43,569 bases of DNA from Candidatus Micrarchaeota archaeon (lineage in GTDB: Archaea; Micrarchaeota; Micrarchaeia; Norongarragalinales; Norongarragalinaceae). The stretch spans positions 1-43,569 of the forward strand of contig CAYOZI010000006.1 in the NCBI GenBank assembly GCA_964408425.1, given 5' to 3'. The position numbers and the translations under genes are program-made. Numbering within the stretch: the first letter of the stretch is position 1; each line of letters begins with the position of its first letter. Below the pieces are notes generated by a model, which had not been told where the DNA came from, did no database searches, and saw only the letters and a list, made by a program, of their open reading frames with translations. Shown here in pieces: positions 9,540-17,637 of the stretch.

Positions 9540-10574
9540 TCAGGCGATTTTGAACCTCAGCAGGGCGGCTATTTTGAACGCTTCAAACTCCCTCCCCGCA
9601 TCGTCGTTGGAATCGAATATCACCAGTTCCGCCCCCTTTTCCCGAGCCTTTTCTACGAGAGAGTAAGCAGTCCGGTTTTTCCTCACGAGCTCGTCCAAAA
9701 CCGCCAGTTTTTCCACGGCGTTGTACTCAACCGCCTTTGCCACTTCTTCCAAACCATACGCCACCAGCCCGTCTTGTTTAGCCAAATGCATTTTGAATTC
9801 CTCGAACAGCGCGAATTCCATTGCAATCCGCTGGTTTTTCATTACCTTTTCCAGCACCTTGTTTTTCAAAAGCTCGTAAACCCCGCTTTGCTCTGCGTTC
9901 GAACAATGCTCGAAATACGCTTTTTCCAGCAAATCCGGCTTTTTCTGCCCCAAAAACTTTTTGAAATTCTCCCTCGCAAAACCCGGGCCTGCAATAACGA
10001 GAATCTCCTCTCCTTCCAGCGTTTTCGCCAGCTCTTGGAAAAACGCGCCTTGCAGGGAATCGAAACCCTTCGGATCACGCTTGTTCGCCCTGTTTTCTAT
10101 CTCGCCTACAAACTTCACGCCTTTAATATCCACTTTAGCCAACAGCGCCTGGTGCTCGTCCATTACAACCATCGTGATTTTCGTGCGCGCGGTTTTCTTC
10201 AACGCCTCCTGCAGATAGCTTTCCTCCAGCGAACTCAGCCTTTTTTTCAAAACGAAAGAATCGTTCAATTCTACATCTAGCGTATGGTGTTCCCCGAAAG
10301 AAACGTACTCCTCCGGACTGCCTGAAAGGATTATTCCGGTCAACCGCAGTTTGTTGACGCTTTCCGCGAACTCGACGTTTTCCACCTTTATTTCCAGCTT
10401 GACCTTCTTTTTTTCCGGAGCAACAGGCCGATTCAACCCTTCGGTCTTGAAACTTCGGAAGGAATAGCCTTCAACGACGTCGTTCACACTAACTATCTTG
10501 GTCAGGTACCACAAATCCTCGAGGAATTGCGGCGATAGTTTCAGCTTCTCGTCGTTCCGGTGGATGAGTTTCAT
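9540..10574 (-). CDS. pelA: mRNA surveillance protein pelota
   Basis: EDLWYL, KLRLTG, GEHHTL, IAGPGF, VAYGLEEV, IAALLRF. Confidence 0.95.
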   Translation of the reverse strand: MKLIHRNDEKLKLSPQFLEDLWYLTKIVSVNDVVEGYSFRSFKTEGLNRPVAPEKKKVKLEIKVENVEFAESVNKLRLTGIILSGSPEEYVSFGEHHTLDVELNDSFVLKKRLSSLEESYLQEALKKTARTKITMVVMDEHQALLAKVDIKGVKFVGEIENRANKRDPKGFDSLQGAFFQELAKTLEGEEILVIAGPGFARENFKKFLGQKKPDLLEKAYFEHCSNAEQSGVYELLKNKVLEKVMKNQRIAMEFALFEEFKMHLAKQDGLVAYGLEEVAKAVEYNAVEKLAVLDELVRKNRTAYSLVEKAREKGAELVIFDSNDDAGREFEAFKIAALLRFKIA

Positions 10575-10617
10575 GAAGAAAAAAGGGGAGGCGGGGTTAA
10601 AAGAACTTATTGAACGC

Positions 10618-11364
10618 TTAGAGAACATTCCCCCCGTCGACCACGATCTGCTGTCCGGTGACGAAATCGCTTTCATCAGAACCGAGGTAAACGCACGCCC
10701 ACGCTATATCCTCTGGCTTTCCCGCCCTCTTCCAGGGAATCGACTGCGCAATGCCCTGAATGGTTTTCTGGTCCACGCCCGTCCTCACCCCGGGCGTGTC
10801 AATCAAGCCGGGGCATACCGCATTCACGTTTATCTTCAACGGCGCCAATTCCAAAGCCAACGCCCTCGTGAAACCCAAGACTCCCGCTTTCGCAGTGCAG
10901 TAGTGGGTCAAACCCACGTATCCTTTAACCGCCGCGATGCTGGAGATGGTTATTACCTTCCCGCCGTTCCCCTGCTTTTTCATCCGATGGACCGAAGCTA
11001 GCGTGCAGTTCTTAACGCCTTCAATATCAATGGCAATCGTCTTGTGCCAACTATCCTCTTCACCCGGATCGACGAAATTGTGGAACGGATAAACGCCCGC
11101 GTTATTCACTAGAATATCAAGCTTCCCGAATTTCTTCACCGCCAACGCTACGGCTTCCTTCGCATCCGAAGCTTTCGAAACGTCGCATTTCACTGCAAAA
11201 GCGCTTTTTCCTATTGAAGAAGCGGTTTTCTTTGCCGAATCGAAATCCCAATCAGCTATGACGACTTTCGCCCCTTCCTTGGCGAATATTTTCGCTATCC
11301 CGGCGCCTATCCCCTTGCCGGCGCCCGTTACTATCGCAACTTTCCCGCTCAACCTTCCAGCCAT
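10618..11364 (-). CDS. SDR family NAD(P)-dependent oxidoreductase (FabG-like)
   Basis: TGAGKGIG, NNAG, YCTAK (YxxxK), VNAVCPG, VDGG. Confidence 0.95.
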   Translation of the reverse strand: MAGRLSGKVAIVTGAGKGIGAGIAKIFAKEGAKVVIADWDFDSAKKTASSIGKSAFAVKCDVSKASDAKEAVALAVKKFGKLDILVNNAGVYPFHNFVDPGEEDSWHKTIAIDIEGVKNCTLASVHRMKKQGNGGKVITISSIAAVKGYVGLTHYCTAKAGVLGFTRALALELAPLKINVNAVCPGLIDTPGVRTGVDQKTIQGIAQSIPWKRAGKPEDIAWACVYLGSDESDFVTGQQIVVDGGNVL

Positions 11365-11424
11365 CAACACCACCCAGTAAACCAAAAACGCAAGCGTGGT
11401 TTTAAAGCGTTTCAACCGCGCGGG

Positions 11425-11541
11425 TTAATCGTCCAACAACCGCACAACATCCTTTTTGCTCATTCCCTTCTCGCACTTTTCACAAACAGGGCTTACGCCG
11501 CAACAGTCGTAAAACACTTTCCCGCATTTCTTGCAAATCAT
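11425..11541 (-). CDS. 38-aa Cys-rich microprotein MICKKCGKVFYDCCGVSPVCEKCEKGMSKKDVVRLLDD (not in ORF track)
   Basis: SD GAGGAG; ATG 10 nt after the ccdA-like stop; CxxC..CC..CxxC. Confidence 0.8.
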   Translation of the reverse strand: MICKKCGKVFYDCCGVSPVCEKCEKGMSKKDVVRLLDD

Positions 11542-11551
11542 TTTACTCTCC

Positions 11552-12226
11552 TCACATGAAGCCGCCGTACAAAATCAACAGCCCGAAAGCAACCATCAAA
11601 ACGCCCAAAACCGTTTTGTAGGTTTTCTTGTGCTTGTGCTGGAAACGCTCTATTCCGTCGATCACCTTAGGGTTGGAGGCGAACAGCAAAACAAAAGCCA
11701 GGGGCAAAACGAACATCAAATTGTAAAGCACGAGCAAAGCCAAACCTTGCATTGCGGTGGTTTGCGCGTTCAACAAGCCCAACACCGCCACGTAAATCCC
11801 GCCAGCGCACGGAAACGCGCACAACCCCACCAACAGCCCGGCGACTAGCGCCGCGGGAAGTGTGGCTTTTTCAATGGTTTTGCTGATGTGCGGGGAAGCG
11901 AACTTCGGGATTTTAAGCGTGCTCGTCCCGGCGAAAGCGTCCTTCAAGTCAATCAAGCCCACGAGAATGACGAGGTAAGCGCCGAGCTTGGAAATAAAGT
12001 GGGGGGTGAAGAAAGTGAACACCGTCAAAATTCCCAGTCCGATGAGCAAATACGTGGCGAAAACTCCGAAAATGAACGCCGCGCCCATCAACAAGATTGC
12101 CTTCCGCTGGTGCTCTAACGAAAGCAGGAATGCTATGAAGAAAAGCAAAACCGCAAAACCGCAAGGGTGCAAGCCGTCGATTACTCCAGAAACGGCCACC
12201 AGCGGAATCAGGGTTTCGAAACTCAT
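11552..12226 (-). CDS. CcdA/DsbD-type transmembrane disulfide-reducing protein
   Basis: About 6 TM helices with two conserved PC motifs (DGLHPCG, AFPCAGGIY), LYNL.F.LPL. Confidence 0.85.
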   Translation of the reverse strand: MSFETLIPLVAVSGVIDGLHPCGFAVLLFFIAFLLSLEHQRKAILLMGAAFIFGVFATYLLIGLGILTVFTFFTPHFISKLGAYLVILVGLIDLKDAFAGTSTLKIPKFASPHISKTIEKATLPAALVAGLLVGLCAFPCAGGIYVAVLGLLNAQTTAMQGLALLVLYNLMFVLPLAFVLLFASNPKVIDGIERFQHKHKKTYKTVLGVLMVAFGLLILYGGFM

Positions 12227-12810
12227 TTTATCACGCCCGAATAAAGCAAAACCAAAACCACTAGCGCAACGCCCAGCAGAGCTAGGACTAGCGCGTTCGA
12301 ATCAAACTTCACTTTCAACACGTCCAGCCCGGCAACGCTTTTCCCCGCGTGCGAATCGCATTCGGAAATGGGCTGGCTTATCGGGCATTCCTGAATCACC
12401 CCGTCCTTCAGGTGGAAGTACGAATCTACGTCTCCCATCGAATCCTGCGTCACGACCAGGGAATCGAAATCCTGCGCTTCATCAACCAAAAACTTTTTCA
12501 TTAGTTCAAGCGGAAAATGCCCTTCGAACAAATACTTCCCGTCCACGACAGTTAGCAAGTGCCCCTGCAGTTCAACCGGAACCTTGAATTTATCCTGGAT
12601 TGACGCCACGTCCCCCCTTGCCTCTTGGTCGCTCAAAAAATCCTTGATTTCAATCTGCTTAACTCCGATCGAATCGAGCGTTTGGTAAAGGCTGGAAATG
12701 TAGGAAGTGCAGTGGCCGCAAGCCTCGTTCTTGTAAACTATCGCGCTTTGAGGCGCGTAGGCGAAAACGAGGCCGCTCAAAACCAACAATGCGAATAACA
12801 GCATCTTCAC
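12223..12810 (-). CDS. Exported thioredoxin-fold metal-binding protein (DUF411/CopG-like) with C-terminal TM anchor
   Basis: Signal peptide, VYKNEACGHC, GKYLFEGHFP; start uncertain (12804-12816). Confidence 0.7.
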   Translation of the reverse strand: MKMLLFALLVLSGLVFAYAPQSAIVYKNEACGHCTSYISSLYQTLDSIGVKQIEIKDFLSDQEARGDVASIQDKFKVPVELQGHLLTVVDGKYLFEGHFPLELMKKFLVDEAQDFDSLVVTQDSMGDVDSYFHLKDGVIQECPISQPISECDSHAGKSVAGLDVLKVKFDSNALVLALLGVALVVLVLLYSGVIK

Positions 12811-12865
12811 TGGCAAAACCAACCTTTTTTCTGAAAAAAATAGGGGGCAGGCAGACGGCATTGCG

Positions 12866-13084
12866 TCAACAGCCGCCTACCATGTCGGGCGCGCTCAAAA
12901 GTCCGGCCGGAAGTTGCTGCCCGCTTACCTGGCTTTGCTGTCCGGACGGGACCGAGTAAGACTGAGCGCCGTATGAGTTCATTCCCTGCACCCTGCCGCT
13001 CAACTCCACAAGCTGGAATGCCTGGAAGACGCTCACTAAAACTAAAATCCCTATCAACGCGGCCAAAATCGTCTGTTGTTCCAT
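12866..13084 (-). CDS. 72-aa membrane-anchored protein ending APDMVGGC
   Basis: SD GAGGTG, N-terminal TM helix, S/G/Q-rich linker. Confidence 0.85.
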   Translation of the reverse strand: MEQQTILAALIGILVLVSVFQAFQLVELSGRVQGMNSYGAQSYSVPSGQQSQVSGQQLPAGLLSAPDMVGGC

Positions 13085-13119
13085 GTTTCTCCACCTCAGT
13101 TTTATATTTTATTTCAAAT

Positions 13120-13983
13120 TCAGCATCCGCCGACCATGTCCGGCGCGTTCGCAAGCACGCCACCAGCGCTTCCTGAACTGGTGCTTTGCTGGACTCTTGC
13201 GGGGATGATTCCATGCATTTCGTAATTCATTTTCTCGTCCTCCGACCAACCGCTCGTATCGATTGAGCCTGATGATGCAGGGCTTCCGGAAGACGTCGAA
13301 ATTGCGGATGCCTTGAAATCACGGAATTTTTCCGAAGTCAAGTCTATCGTGTTGATGTTGGAATCCAACCCGGCTGAAGCGAAGGAAATCGCCTTGCTCA
13401 AAACCTGTTTCGGGAAGAACAGCGTCTTCCATTTCCCCATTTCCGCTAGAATCTGGACGTCGGTCATGTCTGGATGGTTTATCAAAAGGTACATAGCCAA
13501 CCCCCTCATAGCAGCCGAATGCTGGCAGCCGCAAGCAGGCTGGCCGTTCGGAAACACCAGGGCATTTGCACCGCAGCAGTATTCGCACGCGATCATCTGG
13601 CCCATAGCCACATAGCGCTGTTGCGCCTGGGCATTCAACTGCGAAAATTTCAGTTTCCCGCCGGGATTCAAGTCGCCGTCGAGCAGTCCGAGAACGGTCA
13701 GGCTTCCTACCGGATCATCGTAACTCACTCCAAGCTCGGTTCCGTAAACAGCCGGAACGCCGGTCGGAATTACCCGGTCGGCCAGGGCTTGAAGGTTTAT
13801 GTTTGAAGCCTGCGAGGCAACCCCGCTTCCCTGGGGTGAGGAAAGGCGGGGTGCCGAATAAAGGGAAATCTGGCTGCTCACGGTCGCGAGTTGATACTGG
13901 TTGAAAGCAAGGATCATGACAAGAACCGCAATAGCAACGTAAACCAAACTCTGCACGTTCTCGTCCTTTTCGTGTTCAGCCAT
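13120..13983 (-). CDS. Membrane-anchored Cys-rich protein (CEYCCG...ACGCQHS) ending APDMVGGC
   Basis: SD GGTGG, N-terminal TM, 5-Cys/His cluster, S/G linkers. Confidence 0.9.
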   Translation of the reverse strand: MAEHEKDENVQSLVYVAIAVLVMILAFNQYQLATVSSQISLYSAPRLSSPQGSGVASQASNINLQALADRVIPTGVPAVYGTELGVSYDDPVGSLTVLGLLDGDLNPGGKLKFSQLNAQAQQRYVAMGQMIACEYCCGANALVFPNGQPACGCQHSAAMRGLAMYLLINHPDMTDVQILAEMGKWKTLFFPKQVLSKAISFASAGLDSNINTIDLTSEKFRDFKASAISTSSGSPASSGSIDTSGWSEDEKMNYEMHGIIPARVQQSTSSGSAGGVLANAPDMVGGC

Positions 13984-14011
13984 CCAAAACCACCATCCGC
14001 TTTTTTTACAC

Positions 14012-14026
14012 TTACAGTTTTTGTAA
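14012..14026. promoter_or_regulatory. Operator TTACA-GTTTT-TGTAA
   Basis: Perfect half-sites, upstream of the leftward MVGGC operon. Confidence 0.7.
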
Positions 14027-14066
14027 AACTTACGAGATTCTCGTGTTTGAAGTGGTTAATAAACCT

Positions 14067-14081
14067 TTGCAGATGTTGTAA
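14067..14081. promoter_or_regulatory. Operator TTGCA-GATGT-TGTAA abutting the TATA box (TTTAAATA 14085-14092) of the repressor gene
   Basis: 1 mismatch to consensus; autoregulatory position. Confidence 0.65.
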
Positions 14082-14114
14082 AGCTTTAAATATTCCGGGG
14101 GGGCAGTCTTGTTT

Positions 14115-14492
14115 ATGGTAGACGTAACTGGCTTCCGCTTCGAGAAGAAGGGTTCCAAAACCAAGGGGCTGAAATCGGTTTTGAGCCCGCTTGAAAGCGA
14201 AGTTCTGGATGTATTGTGCAATTGCCACGAGGCCAAGGTTAGGGAAGTCCACAAGAAGCTGCGCGGAAAATGCGCGCTTACCAGCGTAGCGGTCATACTC
14301 GACAGGCTGCACGACAAAAAACTGGTTTCACGCAAGGCCCACTACGGCAGGGGCGGGCAGCACTACGTTTACAGCGCAAAAGCATCGAAAAAAGATTTGG
14401 AATACTCGGTTTTGGAAAACACGGTGAACAAGCTCATGGAAAGTTTTGGGTCGACTGCAGTAAGCTATTTCAACGAGCGTTTCAAGAAGTAA
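14115..14492 (+). CDS. BlaI/MecI/CopY family transcriptional repressor
   Basis: LSPLESEVLDVL, VREVH, TSVAVILDRLHDKKLVSR winged helix, C-terminal dimerisation helix. Confidence 0.9.
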   Translation: MVDVTGFRFEKKGSKTKGLKSVLSPLESEVLDVLCNCHEAKVREVHKKLRGKCALTSVAVILDRLHDKKLVSRKAHYGRGGQHYVYSAKASKKDLEYSVLENTVNKLMESFGSTAVSYFNERFKK

Positions 14493-14504
14493 TAGGGAAT
14501 AATC

Positions 14505-15257
14505 ATGTTTGAAGAGCTAATGCTTCCGCACCTTTCTAACGCCATAGGAATATTCTTGTCCAACCCGTTCAACGTAAGCATTTCCGTCGCAGCCATGGCT
14601 TTGGCATTGCTTCTGCTGACCAAGCTTACCGACAAGAGCCTTTCGCAAAAAACCAGAATTACACTGATATACGTGCACCTGGCTTTCCTATTCACTCCGC
14701 TGGTTTTGTTTGCAGTATCCCTTTCCTGCCAGTCCGTATCGCTAACCTGCGCAGTAACCCTTACCCAGCTCTTGATCTACTCGATTCCGATAGTGGTAAT
14801 GGCAGCCCTGACTGCAGGGCTAGTCCTCGTGCCTTGGTACTACGAGAAGGCCAGCTCCAAGTCGGCCAAAAGCATACAATCATTCGTCAACAATGAATCC
14901 AGGCGCATGGGTCTCGCGAAAACGCCCCAGGCATTCTCCTTCGATTCCGGAAAGCCCTTTGCGTTCTCCACTTCGTTCTTCAAACCCCGCATTTTCATCA
15001 GCGTAGGAATGCAGGAGGTCCTGACGAAAAAAGAAATGCAAGCCGTACTCCTGCACGAGCTGGCGCACGTTAAAAACTCCTCAGCATGGTTCAAGTTCTC
15101 ATCTTCAATGCTCAAGATTTTCTCGCCTTTTGCCGCGGTACGGGGTTTCGGCTTCAGCATCGATGCCGAAGAGCAAAACGCCGACGCTTACGCAATAATG
15201 CGGCAAAAAACGCTCAGGCACATAAACTCCGCAAAGAAAAAAGTCTCTATAAAGTGA
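14505..15257 (+). CDS. Membrane zinc metalloprotease, M56 (BlaR1-like)/M48 family, lacking a penicillin-binding sensor domain
   Basis: 3 TM helices, PFAF...PRIFIS, AVLLHELAH (HExxH), EEQNAD; directly downstream of the BlaI-like gene. Confidence 0.88.
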   Translation: MFEELMLPHLSNAIGIFLSNPFNVSISVAAMALALLLLTKLTDKSLSQKTRITLIYVHLAFLFTPLVLFAVSLSCQSVSLTCAVTLTQLLIYSIPIVVMAALTAGLVLVPWYYEKASSKSAKSIQSFVNNESRRMGLAKTPQAFSFDSGKPFAFSTSFFKPRIFISVGMQEVLTKKEMQAVLLHELAHVKNSSAWFKFSSSMLKIFSPFAAVRGFGFSIDAEEQNADAYAIMRQKTLRHINSAKKKVSIK

Positions 15258-15303
15258 CCGCGGCTCCACACAAAACTATTTAAATCAGGACCGGCAATTA
15301 CTT

Positions 15304-15318
15304 TTACAAAAGTTGTAA
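15304..15318. promoter_or_regulatory. Operator TTACA-AAAGT-TGTAA over the predicted TSS (TATA TTTAAATC at 15279)
   Basis: Perfect half-sites, 10 nt before the next ATG. Confidence 0.7.
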
Positions 15319-15328
15319 AGGTAAAAGC

Positions 15329-15901
15329 ATGGCGCGCGCGTTTTTGGCATTCTTTTGGAAACGGCCTTTGCTGGCCGGAATAGCCGGAGGGCTTTTCCTG
15401 CTGGCCGTATTCTTCGGGCTCATGCTTGCAACAAACCCGTGGAGCGTGGCGTTGTCGGAATTCAACCGCCTGTTTCCGTGGATCGCCGCGCTTGTAACCG
15501 GTTTTTCAATCCAAGCCTACCTTTACGCGGTGCTCAAAAAATCCATTGCCAAAAAAGCGGCTCTGGCAAAGGCAAAGGGCGGGGTTGCAGCCGCGGGAGG
15601 CATGTCAACAACCGCAATGGTCGCCTGCTGCGCGCACCATTTTACGGATTTCCTGCCCTTCATCGGGCTTGCTGCGTTCGCAACCGTCCTGGCGCAATAC
15701 CAGGAATTCTTTTTGCTCATAGGCGTGCTTTCGAACACGGTTGGAATAGTGATGATGCTAGGGGTTTTCAAGAAAATGGGAATAGACGGGAAGTGCCCGA
15801 TAGTCCGGCATCTCTCCGCTTCGCAATGGGATGTCGCGTTCAAAGCAAGCGCGGTTGCTAGTCTTGCGATAATCGCCGCTTACGCGGCCATATTCCTGTA
15901 A
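15329..15901 (+). CDS. Membrane protein with MVACCAHH motif (putative heavy-metal binding/transport)
   Basis: About 5 TM segments; vicinal CC and HH. Confidence 0.85.
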   Translation: MARAFLAFFWKRPLLAGIAGGLFLLAVFFGLMLATNPWSVALSEFNRLFPWIAALVTGFSIQAYLYAVLKKSIAKKAALAKAKGGVAAAGGMSTTAMVACCAHHFTDFLPFIGLAAFATVLAQYQEFFLLIGVLSNTVGIVMMLGVFKKMGIDGKCPIVRHLSASQWDVAFKASAVASLAIIAAYAAIFL

Positions 15902-15918
15902 AAAAAGAGGTGTGGAAC

Positions 15919-15954
15919 ATGACCGGAAAAAAAAGAAGGGGCGGATGCTGCTGA
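15919..15954 (+). CDS. 11-aa micro-ORF MTGKKRRGGCC (not in ORF track)
   Basis: SD GAGGTG at 15907-15912, 6 nt before ATG; stop overlaps next start (TGATG). Confidence 0.55.
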   Translation: MTGKKRRGGCC

Positions 15955-16268
15955 TGAAAAACGAGTATTTGGTTTACGCAATGCTTTTCGTCGGAGTGCT
16001 CCTCTTGGCTTGGAGCGCGTTCTCGACTTTCGCTAAACCGCAGCTTGACAGGGATGCGAGAGGACTGCTGTTGGAAACGCAGGCGAACGAACAGTATTTC
16101 CAACAACAAGCCCTGCAGGTAGGCAACGAGTGCGGCAACCTGAACGACGAGGCAAACGTCCAGCACCTATCCCACCATCCAAGCCAGTTTGCGGATTGCT
16201 TGAAGCAGGTTGACCCAGCGTTTTTGCAGAAAGCCACCGGAAAAACGCTCGGGCAGATAATCGGATAA
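15954..16268 (+). CDS. Membrane-anchored small protein with C...HLSHHP...C motif
   Basis: N-terminal TM helix, then ECGN...QHLSHHPSQFADC. Confidence 0.8.
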   Translation: MKNEYLVYAMLFVGVLLLAWSAFSTFAKPQLDRDARGLLLETQANEQYFQQQALQVGNECGNLNDEANVQHLSHHPSQFADCLKQVDPAFLQKATGKTLGQIIG

Positions 16269-16287
16269 AAAGCAAGGGGTAAAGCGC

Positions 16288-16503
16288 ATGGCGACATTCA
16301 GGGAACACTGGACAAAACTAAAGGAAAACCATTTCGCAATGATGGCGTTGTGCTGCATCTTGCCCGTAATCATAATCGTGGCCCTTCAGATTGCGGGGTT
16401 TGGAGGCGCTTGGCTGTACACGATCGTGATTGGCGCATGCATAGGGGGACACCTGTTCATGATGCATTCCGCCTTAAAAGGAGGGAAAAAAACATGCCAC
16501 TAG
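16288..16503 (+). CDS. Small 2-TM protein, DUF2933-like (HFAMMALCC..P / CIGGHLFMMH)
   Basis: Cys/His/Met motifs typical of copper-locus small membrane proteins. Confidence 0.75.
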   Translation: MATFREHWTKLKENHFAMMALCCILPVIIIVALQIAGFGGAWLYTIVIGACIGGHLFMMHSALKGGKKTCH

Positions 16504-16610
16504 ACTGGAGAAAGCTGACCGAAAACGCGTTCTGGATGGCGGTTTTCACTGTCGCGTTTGTCGCCATGCAGAAAGTAATGCATCCCGGATGGACTTTATT
16601 CGGATGGTAA
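16494..16610 (+). CDS. 38-aa single-TM Trp/Met-rich peptide MPLDWRK...MHPGWTLFGW
   Basis: SD AGGAGG 8-9 nt upstream; overlaps previous stop. Confidence 0.6.
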   Translation: MPLDWRKLTENAFWMAVFTVAFVAMQKVMHPGWTLFGW

Positions 16611-16642
16611 TGAAGAGGCAGAAGCTGCCCCCGTTAAAAGCG

Positions 16643-16657
16643 TTACAGTTGCAGTAA
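16643..16657. promoter_or_regulatory. Operator TTACA-GTTGC-AGTAA abutting the TATA box TTTAAATA (16661)
   Basis: Same geometry as the 14067 site; upstream of the cupredoxin-copZ-copA run. Confidence 0.6.
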
Positions 16658-16716
16658 AACTTTAAATATCGGCTTCGGTGAAAAAGACTATGAACAAAAA
16701 AGGAGGGGTTGAAAGA

Positions 16717-16968
16717 ATGGATTCAACAAAAACAGGGCTTGCGGCAGGCTCCACTTGGGGAATATTGTACGCGGTTTGCGCGGTTGCATTCACTCTCGCG
16801 CCGGACTTTACTCTCGCCTTCGGAAACTACATTTTCCACGGGATTCTGCTGAACGCCAAACCCTTGGACGCGGCAAATGCTGCGATCGGGCTTGTTTTGA
16901 GCGTGATCGCCGGGTTCGCAATCGGCGCGCTTTACGCCAAGGTTCACAATTATTTCGAAAAAGGCTGA
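16717..16968 (+). CDS. DUF5676-like 2-TM membrane protein
   Basis: LYAVCA, YIFHG, GALYAKVHN pattern; SD GGAGGGG. Confidence 0.75.
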   Translation: MDSTKTGLAAGSTWGILYAVCAVAFTLAPDFTLAFGNYIFHGILLNAKPLDAANAAIGLVLSVIAGFAIGALYAKVHNYFEKG

Positions 16969-17022
16969 AACCTGAAATGCCGGATTGGGGTAAATATAAC
17001 TGCTAAAAAGCGGTGGGTAAAA

Positions 17023-17424
17023 ATGGATAAAGGCGGTTTGGTTCTCGCGGGATTGATATTGCTCGGAATGGCGGGAGTGGGGGCGTTGTTTTTCTTCACT
17101 CCCTCGGCAAGCGCGTCAATCGCAGGAGAGGCTACGCTGGCGGTCCCCCAAGGCGGGGTGCAGATTGTCGAAGTGACCGCAATGAATTACGGCTACAACC
17201 CGGATACCGTAAGGGTGAAGAAAGGCATTCCGGTCGAATTCCGCTTCAAGGCGGACAGGAGCGCGGGGTGCAGCAGGATAATGGTCATTCCGGACTTCGG
17301 GCTTGAATTCTTTTCCAAAAGCGGGGAGACGATAACCAAAACATTCACGCCCACCCAAGCGGGGGAAATCGGCTTCCGCTGCGGAATGAACATGTTCCAA
17401 GGAAAAATAATCGTGGAAAACTGA
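17023..17424 (+). CDS. Membrane-anchored cupredoxin-domain protein (CupA-like)
   Basis: GYNPDTVRVKKGIPV, GCS, FTP..AG, FRCGMNMFQGKIIV. Confidence 0.9.
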   Translation: MDKGGLVLAGLILLGMAGVGALFFFTPSASASIAGEATLAVPQGGVQIVEVTAMNYGYNPDTVRVKKGIPVEFRFKADRSAGCSRIMVIPDFGLEFFSKSGETITKTFTPTQAGEIGFRCGMNMFQGKIIVEN

Positions 17425-17436
17425 GGTTGGAAAAAA

Positions 17437-17637
17437 ATGAAGAAAACGTTCAAGACCAAGGGAATGCACTGCAAAAGCTGCGAAATTCTTTTGAGCGACG
17501 CGATTTCTGAATTGAAAGGCGTCAAGAGCGTGAAAGCTAATTACTCTAAAAACGAGGTTGCCGTGGAATTCGAGCCTCCGGCAAACGAAGCTCAAATCAA
17601 GAAATCGATTGAAAAGGAAGGATACGAGGTAGCTTGA
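17437..17637 (+). CDS. copZ: Copper chaperone (HMA domain)
   Basis: GMHCKSC, IEKEGY; 66 aa. Confidence 0.9.
   Translation: MKKTFKTKGMHCKSCEILLSDAISELKGVKSVKANYSKNEVAVEFEPPANEAQIKKSIEKEGYEVA

Noticed and set aside
9245-9553. 102-aa ORF MERKTRRR...
   Set aside because: Overlaps the better-supported 60-aa hydrophobic ORF and the pelota end; GTG start lies within the SD-like sequence itself
12866-13122. Gly-Cys-TGA endings as possible selenocysteine (TrxR-like GCUG) read-through
   Set aside because: Codons after the TGA differ (CGC AAT versus ATT TGA), with no conserved Gly and no recognisable SECIS or Sec machinery in the window
16977-17006. 9-aa micro-ORF MPDWGKYNC
   Set aside because: Ends in Cys but lacks a good SD and overlaps a TATA-like TAAATATA; insufficient support
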